Assembly (NCBI GenBank): GCA_032718475.1
Contig: JAUCBJ010005531.1
Span: 1-35,035, forward strand
Length of the DNA stretch: 35,035 bases
Origin: Nemertoderma westbladi
Taxonomy: Eukaryota > Animalia > Xenacoelomorpha
Reading direction: 5' to 3'
The notes under the pieces are model-generated. The model did no database searches and was not told the origin of the DNA. It saw only the letters and a list, made by a program, of their open reading frames with translations. Shown here one piece after another: positions 24,501 through 32,367 of the stretch. The position numbers and the translations under genes are program-made. Position 1 is the first letter of the stretch. Each line of letters begins with the position of its first letter.

Positions 24501-27417
24501 TTCTCATATTCTTTAATTTTTAGTAAGTTTATTTCTATTTAATTTTTAGGGTACCCATATATAACGATACTCTTTTATAGATAAGTACTTCATAGGATTA
24601 AGGCTGGAGTGCAGATTTATAGGCAATCACTACTAGTAGTATACTGTAACTGTATAAACTTCTCCTGACTCTAGAAGCTTGAATTCATGAATGGATTTGT
24701 CTTTTAGTTTCTGGATGCGCTTAGGTGATCACTAGTGTTGTCAATACAGGGATTTTTGATTTCTGTGAAAGGAATCGACTTCCTTTGTGAAGACTCACAA
24801 AATAGATTTTGCTTAACCTTGGTATTTTTAATAGTGTCGAGTTCCATGAAGGGACATGCTCTATTTGATATCATGGAAGCTGGAAGTTGGTAAATTATAA
24901 GCCACTACAAATTATTTGAATTTATAGAGTGCAAATTTTAAGTAGGATTGTTTCGTTATGTATCTTTGTTTGTACCATGTTATTGTTGTTAACTGTGGGA
25001 GGCCACATCAATTCGTTAACCAGTTCTATGATTATTCTATCCTGTGTAAATAAATTATAAGCCCCAAGAATACTATAAACTTTGTTGTACTACTTCGGGT
25101 TGGGGAGAAGGATAATCATTCATGGACTGCGTAAGCAAATGACCTGCCTCCAAATTATGGCGGAAATTCCCATGGTATAGCAATGGTGGGGGATTGTTTC
25201 TACTCCAATGTTGGGGTTTTCTGTTAAATCCTTCTATCCATGAAATATATAGTAGCTTTGATTTAGCAACCAAGTCAAGTAGTAGTGAAGAGCCGAGACA
25301 AGGCTCGTGAGAAAGCTTTGCCAATAAGGATTATCAACCATGCGGAAAGGAACATCCTGTTACATAAATGGCTTGGCATAGCTATTCTTGCAGGCCCTGC
25401 AACTTTTCCTTGTCCATTCGGCATATAAAGGAGTCCATTGAACTGGCTGGAGGGGTAACGCTAGACTGGGGTCGATCACAGAAGGAAGAGGTGGGAGATA
25501 TCATTGATTCATCATCTCTCTCTACAGACTCACTATGTTCGTGGTCTGGGATAGTGAGTACTGGAGAGAAGGCTGGCTGTGAAGTAATCCGCCGCTCTGC
25601 ATTCAAAATTATCTTGGACTGAGGAGTAGCTTTCTGACATGATTTCAGAATGTGCTCAAGGAGGCGCGTTGTACCAGTAGCTGTTGTCCAGGCACAGAAG
25701 ATACACGATTTCTTTTTATCAGGTAGCTCATGGAAGTAGTTTGCTACACCGGACTTATTACGTCCACAAGCTTCCTTGGGCATTATGTTGCGAGTTTGTA
25801 TACTACTATTGCCAAAGTAACAATGTAAAAATCCAAAATAAATAGGTGAAAGTAAGGCAATTTTAAGAAAACAAATTAATTGGCCTTCAAAAATTACAGA
25901 ATAAATGATACATTTATTATAGGAAGGGATCTAGGGGTCTTAACCTCGAATGATAAGTTTATTTTACCGAAAATAACTTATCTTTTATTGGCGCAATTGT
26001 AGGACTAATCCCATCACATGCGTACTTTTAAACCGGGTAGTGTACAAATTTAGGAATCACGTAATTTTTCTTGAAATTAATATCTCATATCTCTCCAACT
26101 TCTAGAACTAACAGGTGATATATCGTATATCACTCCTAAAACTAACATGTGATATATCGTATATCACTCCTAGAACTAACAGGTGATATATCGTACTATA
26201 TATCACTCCTAGAACTAACAGGTAATATATCGTATATCACTCCTAGAACTAACAGGTGATATATCGTATAGAACTAACAGGTGATATTCTACTGTATATC
26301 ACTCCTAGAACTAACAGGTGATATATCGTATATCACTCCTAGAACTAACAGGTGATATATCGTACTGTATATCACTCCTAGAACTAACAGGTGATATATT
26401 GTACTGTATATCACTCCTAGAACTAACAGGTGATATATCGTACTGTACAGTATATCACTCCTTGAACGAACAGGTGATATATCGTATATCACTCCTAGAA
26501 CTAACAGGAGATATATTGTACTGTATATCACTCCTAGAACTAACAGGTGATATATCGTACTGTATATCACTCCTAGAACTAATAGGTGATATATCGTATA
26601 TCACTCCTAGAACTAACAGGCTGACAGGTGATATATCGTATATCACTCCTAGAACTAACAGGCTGACAGGTGATATATCGTATATCACTCCTAGAACTAA
26701 CAGCTCCTAGAATTAACAGGTGATATGCTACTGTATGTGTATTATTTATTTTAAACTTCTCACGGCCAATCATGAAATTTACATTCAATTTTTTCTACAT
26801 ATTAAACTCAAACCAAAATACAATCTAAAGGATAGAAAGTGCCAAGGATAAAAGGTAAATATTAACTCTTTTTCCATTAACGATTATTATTTATTCTAAA
26901 TGGAACAATAATGACAAATAAACATTTTATTTATGTTTTAGTTTGCATTGAATTACCTGACACAAATATATACTGTGCAGTATGGGCAGCGAGTGGTAAG
27001 TAACTACAGTAACTAACTAAAACTTTAAAAACTCTATAAATATAATTATTTAACTAGAATGGCTATAAGTCGTCGTCCAAGAAAAAACAAAAGCAAAATA
27101 TAGATTAATTATTTATCTCGTATTCTATAACTAATATTAAAAATAATATTAGTAAACTTCCTTTTATCTATTATTATCAATTAATTAGTATTATTTATTT
27201 ATTTTACTTAGCAACTTTTAAACTATATATTTATTTTATCATGCTTCTCATGGAGTATTAAAAGTTATATTAACATTAAGAATATTCTTTATTTTAAGAA
27301 TATTAAAATTAAATATTAAAATATTAAAAGTATTCTTCATTTACAGGCGAGTGCCAAGCCAACCCCGGCTATATGTACTGGAACTGTCAGACATCCTGTA
27401 ACAAGTGTAACAACTAG
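3376..27417 (+). CDS. Multi-exon gene for a 7x ShKT-domain protein (5' end not found). Exons: 3376-3504, 3783-3911, 13366-13497, 13887-13907, 14174-14302, 22133-22396, 26942-26995, 27347-27417
   Basis: Every exon is bounded by AG/GT, all introns are phase 1, and the splice gives an open frame of 929 nt ending in TAG at 27415-27417. Each domain fits C-x9-C-x2-W-x3-GEC-x2-NP-x-YM-x3-C-x2-SC-x2-C with minor substitutions, the ShKT pattern. No signal-peptide exon was confidently located. Confidence 0.9.
3783..3911 (+). CDS. ShKT exon, domain 2 (absent from the ORF track)
   Basis: ttatag|TA...GGAG|gtaagt, 129 nt; encodes VCTELPDDNSNCAGWAAIGECAANAGYMHVHCQTSCDYCQDGG. Confidence 0.92.
6754..13231. 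repeat. Intronic satellite, 34-bp unit, about 190 copies
   Basis: Unit CAACA[G/T]TAGTAGGCCTACAGTACATAAGTATATA; period confirmed by AACAGT at 6781 and 6815. It contains the palindromes GTAGGCCTAC and GTATATAC. Recurrent variants are GGTCTA, GGCGGA, an ACAGT duplication and a +A. Confidence 0.98.
13366..13497 (+). CDS. ShKT exon, domain 3
   Basis: cacag|CC...GGAC|gtaagt, 132 nt; encodes ACVEDIDRNEHCPGWAAANECIDNPSYMYNYCQTSCDYCSDGPG. Confidence 0.92.
13887..13907 (+). CDS. 21-nt microexon of the ShKT gene (PNNCAEI)
   Basis: Strong sites tttttttattttcag|CAAACAACTGCGCAGAAATTG|gtaagt. Length is a multiple of 3, it is open in phase 1, and it is a GC-richer island in very AT-rich intron. Confidence 0.7.
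14174..14302 (+). CDS. ShKT exon, domain 4 (absent from the ORF track)
   Basis: attag|GT...ACAG|gttagc, 129 nt; encodes GCFEEQDMDFHCPGWAADGECIENPSYMYENCQTSCNKCNDGT. Confidence 0.92.
15674..16457 (-). repeat. 3' LTR of the Gypsy element, interrupted by a 500-bp LINE fragment
   Basis: Matches 21008-21279 over 15674-15816 and 16317-16457. Confidence 0.92.
15817..16316 (-). mobile_element. 5'-truncated RTE-like LINE 3' end inserted in the LTR
   Basis: 12-bp TSD AGTCATGATTAC at 15805-15816 and 16317-16328, with a (TAG)n tail. Peptides LKVRLFRAAVVPVLLYGSPCWALT and RLRFAGHCFRREDQPVHNLVLWQP are typical of the RTE-type C-terminus. Confidence 0.88.
21008..21279 (-). repeat. 5' LTR of the Gypsy element
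   Basis: TGTGATGATCC...CTCCACA; I count about 11 substitutions against the other LTR over 272 bp. Confidence 0.93.
21598..22132 (+). repeat. Degenerate 50-bp tandem array resembling an ShKT 3' splice site plus exon start
   Basis: Unit GATTTCCTTTAG|TTTGTAGTCTCCATCCCGATATGGATGCTAACTGTGCT. AGs at 21633, 21683, 21733, 21783, 21841, 21890 and 21940, GG at 22081, and the real acceptor at 22131. An unrelated insert sits at about 21980-22055. Confidence 0.88.
22133..22396 (+). CDS. ShKT exon, domains 5 and 6
   Basis: ttttag|TT...ACAG|gtgaga, 264 nt; encodes VCAYRPDMNDNCEGWAAAGECTTNPRYMYNYCQDSCNYCDCDNQGTCIEQPDIGPICDGLAAAGECTVNPSYMYQHCQTACNKCNDGT. Confidence 0.92.
22533..25800 (-). mobile_element. 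Decayed hAT DNA transposon (BED finger, DUF659-type catalytic core, hATC dimerisation region)
   Basis: BED-like VANYF...CIFC...RLLEHILKSC (25382-25783). Core AVVTDNAKNMKGA...GCACHGLNLLLEDF with CxxH (23741-24148). C-terminal ...ALSIVPSSASVE... and an acidic tail. Frameshifts and stops throughout. A possible TIR TAGGGTTT is at 22533; the other end was not identified. Confidence 0.85.
24383..25320. mobile_element. Unidentified about 940-bp insertion interrupting the hAT transposase
   Basis: The transposase reads ...MVDNPYW|KIL... across the gap. CCAA flanks both sides (24379-24382 and 25321-25324). There are no GT-AG ends on the minus strand. Confidence 0.5.
26102..26726. repeat. Minisatellite, 34/39-bp unit with internal hairpin
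   Basis: Unit CTAGAACTAACAGGTGATATATCG(TACTG)TATATCACTC; the stem is GTGATATA/TATATCAC. Confidence 0.95.
26942..26995 (+). CDS. ShKT exon, N-half of domain 7
   Basis: ttttag|TT...AGTG|gtaagt, 54 nt; encodes VCIELPDTNIYCAVWAAS. Confidence 0.88.
27347..27417 (+). CDS. Terminal ShKT exon, C-half of domain 7
   Basis: ttacag|GC...TAG; encodes GECQANPGYMYWNCQTSCNKCNN*. Confidence 0.9.
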
Positions 27418-27498
27418 AAGAATACAAACAAACTTATATACTGTATGTAAAATATTTAAATTAAATATTGTTTATGGCGGGATATATTTACTGACTTT

Positions 27499-27550
27499 AA
27501 TAAATATTATTGTGTGGTGGGATATAACATTATACTACAGTATAAATAAA
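27499..27550 (+). terminator. Candidate polyadenylation signals of the ShKT gene
   Basis: AATAAA at 27499-27504 and 27545-27550, each followed by GT-rich sequence, 80-130 nt after the stop. The AT-rich context limits specificity. Confidence 0.45.
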
Positions 27551-28374
27551 TATTATTGTATTTGGTGAGTTCAGGATACTTTTATGAAACTCATATGTTT
27601 GAACATGTTGATAACGTTATCATTAACAGCTTAAATATACTCTGAAGTGTTTGTTATCTTTTGTTTTGAATGAAAAAATGATTATTGGTTCGATCTGTAC
27701 CACATTCAACTCCAACGCTGTTGTTATATGATGTGTCAAAATGGAAAACCTATGGGAGGGGGGTAGCACCCCCAAATTGGACCTCACATTTTGGTGTCTC
27801 GGGACCCTAAAATTGGGAGAAAATTATTTTTTTGTCTACTAAACATAGTCCGGGTTGTTTAAGAATAGCCACACCAAATATATTTAAAATTGGCCCCAAA
27901 TTGGCACTGAAATTGTAAAAATTTGCGCCAAATGCTATTTCTCCTCCAATATAATTATCTTGGAATTTGTCGAAATTTAAAATATAAGCTGGGAAGAAAC
28001 TTGCATTTCAGTTAAAAATAGCTGAGACATAGCCTTTTTCATGCGAAGGCCGCCCCACGAACGCGTTTGTACAGTATATCCCCAAAACAAACTGAATATC
28101 ACATTTTACGACTTTTCCTACTGTAACAGTATTTTATCTTCGTAATAGTGACAGCGGTTTTTAAGCGGTTCCGCCCCGGCGAATTAATATCTTGTACAAA
28201 ATCAATAGGTTACAGTCTTAATTTTTGATTGTAATCAGAGTTGTTACATATTTGTCCAACGGATGGTTAAGTTTGCTCAATGGGTTCCGTAGATACTGTA
28301 GGTGTTCAGTTACTTGCGCTACGCAGAGAACGCAGGTTGAAGCTACGCAGGTTGAAGAAATTTAGTAAAAGGGC

Positions 28375-29497
28375 ATTTACGCAGTTCTGATATTTGTGGA
28401 GTTTAAGAAAGCAATCGACTCCATCCATAGAGGTAAAATGCTGGAAACCTATGAGCTTATGGAATACCAGAGGTAATTGTGGCTGCCATTGGATAGTTAT
28501 ATTGTGACACAGAACCTAAGGTACTCTCACTAGTTGGTGAAACTGATTTCTTCTCAATCCCGGCTAACGTACTGCAAAGCGATACACATTGGCTCCTTTA
28601 TGACTCATAATTTATTGTATTGGATTACGCAACGAGGACGGCCACAAAGGGACATCTGGTATTCACATTACAAGAACGCAGAAATGGCAGATATCCGGTA
28701 ACTACAGGCACCGAGAACCGCAGAAAAGACATTAAAGATAGGAAATCAAAGGCTTGGGTAGCTCTATCAAAAATGTATACCATCTGTAAATCAGATCTCT
28801 CCAGGCATCTGAAGACAAGTGGAAAGTGTATTTTTATACGGGGGTGAGACCTGGACACTGACTAAATCAATTGAACAACGAATTGATGGTTGCTACACAA
28901 GACTACTAAGGGCAGCCCTAAACATCAGCTGGAGACAACACATGACAAACGCCTAGCTTTATGGTACAATACCACCTGTATCAACCACCTTCCGTGAACG
29001 CAGATTAAGATTCAGTGGGCACTGCTGGCGAAGTAAAGACGAGGTCATACCAGATCTACTTCTCTGGCAACCAACACATGGAAAGCGTAGTCGTGGACGA
29101 CCGGCCATAACATTATATAGATCAACTTGAAAGGGATACTGAACTTGGGAGAAACGAAATTGCGACAACTATGGAGAATCGGGAAGCCTGGAAGGATCTC
29201 ATTTCCACTGTCCGAGTTCGCTCGACCTAGTAGTAGTTGGAGAATCGGGAAGCCTGGAAGGATCTCATTTCCACTGTCCGAGTTCGCTCGACCTAGTAGT
29301 AGTTGGAGAATCGGGAAGCCTGGAAGGATCTCATTTCCACTGTCCGAGTTCGCTCGACCTAGTAGTAGTTGGAGAATCGGGAAGCCTGGAAGGATCTCAT
29401 TTCCACTGTCCGTGTTCGCTCGACCTAGTAGTAGTAGTTGGAGAATCGGGAAGCCTGGAAGGATCTCATTTCCACTGTCCGAGCTCGCTTGACCTGG
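28375..29497 (+). mobile_element. 5'-truncated, internally deleted RTE-like LINE (RT fragment plus C-terminus)
   Basis: Fragments FVEFKKAIDSIHRGKM, AYGIPEVIV, KDIKDRKSKAW, IDGCYTRLLRAALNISWRQH and RLRFSGHCWRSKDEVIPDLLLWQP, with a (TAG)n tail. The YADD segment appears deleted. Confidence 0.88.
29172..29497 (+). repeat. Five tandem copies of the 66-bp LINE 3' terminus
   Basis: TGGAGAATCGGG...CTCGACCTAGTAGTAGT starts at 29172, 29238, 29304, 29370 and 29439; the last copy is diverged. Confidence 0.95.
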
Positions 29498-30101
29498 TTG
29501 AATATTATTAGTATTTGCTTGTAATAAATATTGTTTCATCTGTTTGACTTTAGTTCTGGTGTTGCTCTACTGGCCTGGCAGTTCAGTAACATATCAAAGG
29601 TTAAAAAAAAAAGGTGCCACATTCTGAACAATAACGTTCATATTTAAATATAGACCTGAAAAAAATATTTAATAAAAAGAGAATAAATATCCATTTCGAT
29701 TCGCTATATTTTAATGATTGCCACATAAAATCGAAAATTACAACCGAAGATTAAACAATAGAAACTTGAAGAAATATAAAAAATAAATAAGTTGCAAAAT
29801 AGAATAAAATAGTTTACCTAGTGAAATAAATTGCACCAAATCCAAACAGAATTACACACATTATAAAATATATTTTATCTGAAAAGTTACCATTTTCTCA
29901 CTTTTTGTAACATTATATCGACTTATAAGAGGTATGCTAAAATGTAATATTTTTTTATCATACAGTTGTTAAGAACAATATTTGAGTTGAATAAAAATGT
30001 ATGAATCACATTAAAATTCACATAAAAATATTAAAACTGATAATTATAATTCGGAAACATTCGGAAACCCGATAAGTTGAGACAATATAACAAAATTTCG
30101 T

Positions 30102-30246
30102 ACACCATTGTGTGAAAAGGTCCATATTTAGCGTTAAGGATACCTACTTATTTTTATGTAAACATCCCTCGCTGCGCTCGCCCGCTCGGAACATAAATAC
30201 AGTCGGGGTATAACCCTGAAAAGTGCTACTTTTCACACAATGATGT
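30102..30246. mobile_element. Small MITE-like element
   Basis: Perfect 14-bp inverted repeat CATTGTGTGAAAAG (30106-30119) / CTTTTCACACAATG (30229-30242), extendable with one mismatch. Confidence 0.5.
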
Positions 30247-30680
30247 TAATAGTTAACTAGTTGCTTATATCTAGACATTGTGGGCTTTATAACCCTATCT
30301 GGAGACAGGAGGATATATCGGGCGAATTTGACGCAAATCCTATCTCGGCGAATACCTTGTCTCAATGTGAAAAAAAATAAATTAAGGGAAAGGAGCATGT
30401 TAGAGTGGCACGTTGTTCTATCCAAAACAATAAACTAAAGTTAATAGAACAGGTTAGACTTATATTTTTGGGAGTAATCAGCTGTTATCTGTCTCGATTT
30501 CCCTTGGAGAGGAATTAACGATTAATTGCCCCCCCCCCCCCCCCTCTCCTATCTGCCCTCAGTCTTAATTATATAGTCTTTCTAACGATGTTTTTATTTT
30601 AATTAAGATTATTAATTAGTAAGTTTTTGAAAAGAAATTAAATTCGGGAGCTCGTTTGACTCTTACAGATTGTATATATG

Positions 30681-30908
30681 GGGTAGGTGTAAAACGCGGA
30701 TCCGGATTCCAAAATTATAAATTAAGGCTAAGGGAAAGGAGCAGGTTACAGTGGCACGTTATTTTAACCAAAACAATAAACCAAGTAAGTCAATAGAACA
30801 GGTTACAGTTTTATTTTTGGGAGTTATAAAAATGTAAAAAAAATCGACTTCCGTAGGGACAATGTTAAATGTAGAATCCGGATCCAGATCCGCGTTTTAC
30901 TCTGACCC
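30681..30908. mobile_element. MITE-like element with about 22-bp TIRs
   Basis: GGGTAGGTGTAAAACGCGGATC ... GATCCGCGTTTTACTCTGACCC. Its about 100-bp core is also present at about 30377-30475. Confidence 0.6.
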
Positions 30909-31896
30909 ATTTATTAAATGTCGGAATAAAATGTGTCGGAAAGATTTTATCTGAGAAATCCACTTTAAAAACATCCTCTAAGACCGTAGCTGACCCGGCC
31001 GCAGCTGTTTATTGTGCGAACGCAAACTATTTTATTTCGATAACATAACGTTTAATTTTGATATAAATAGTGAAATATTTGGTAATGTAAAAGCGCAGAG
31101 AATTAGTGACAGAAGTTTCTTGAAAACTAATTAAAGTATAATAATGTATCTGAAGTTACTTAAATACTACAGAAAATAGAGTTTAAATTACTGTATAAAT
31201 AAACACAAGAAAACATTTGTAAACAAATATTAGAAATAGGAATTAATTTAGCTAACAAACATATTGCACCAGATCCAAAAGGAATATAAAATAACAGAAG
31301 TTTATATTAATTGATAGTTTTTCACATCAATTATTCCACTTATTATATTGAAAAAAGCTTCAAATTAAAATGAATTAAGAAACCAATTAATTAATCATAA
31401 AAATAGTTGACTGTTAACTGAATTGAGATGTTATAAATATTACTAGAGATATTTAATACAAGAAGTAGAAAACCCGCATCATGGAAACAGAAGATGAAAA
31501 GTAAAGAAAGTATAAAGGTTTCGCACAAAGGGAATTACCTTAAGGGAATTATTCACTTTAAGGGAAAAACAAATAGAAAATAGAAATAAATAAACAAAAA
31601 GAAAATCAATACGAAAAAAAATAAATAAAGGGTAACAAACAACAAACAAACAAACAAACAAACACTGCGTGAAATAATCTAATCTATCCAAAACATCAGA
31701 ATCAGCTGAAAAATAATTCAAAGATCAAAATATTTCCATGTTCCTAAGAAACATTTGAATTTTTAGCTCAAAACATCCAGATATAGAGAGAAGGAAACTT
31801 TAAATACCGGGATCTCATATTGCGCAACATTTTGGGTTCAACTATTTATTTACTCTATTTTACGAAAAAATGTTTCGTAGAAACAGAAAAAGTAAA

Positions 31897-32041
31897 TCTT
31901 CTTCGGCCGCTAGGCCAGGGATTACGCACAAAGTCTCCCGACTTATTTCCAGTGCGGTCCCCCCAGAACTTTACTCCCTAGTGGACTCCAGTACTCATTT
32001 AGCTACCGTTTAAGGATGCAAGGCAGAGATGCCGCCCTGGC
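31897..32041 (-). mobile_element. SINE-like relic (resembles the Meta-SINE central domain)
   Basis: The minus strand reads GCCTTGCATCCTT...AAATGAGTAC, recalling the conserved Meta-domain core, and ends in a short (GAA)n tail. Assigned from memory of the motif, not by search. Confidence 0.45.
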
Positions 32042-32367
32042 TTTTAGTTAATTAATTATATTTTGCAGTAAAACTAAAACATTTTGCCGCGTTTAAATTT
32101 ATCGTTGACGTTTCACTTGACCGACTATGACTCACCTAATGTACAGAGTCGTCATACAAAAAGCAAATATATGGTGATTAAATTTATGGAATATAATAAT
32201 ATTTTTCTATTAGTTATGATTTTTAGGGGTTGACCGGCGATGATCACTGGCCTTTAAGTCTATCGGATCCGCATAATAATACATTTTATAAATATATTAC
32301 AGTGGCGGTTTGGAAATACCCTAAAGAAATAAAAAAAAAGTAACCGAATGAAATAAACCGGAGCAGT

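Noticed and set aside
26289-26788. Repetitive ORFs on both strands
   Set aside because: They are artefacts of the 34/39-bp minisatellite.
29045-29539. 164-aa and 121-aa repeat ORFs
   Set aside because: They are alternative-frame readings of the 66-bp LINE-end repeat.
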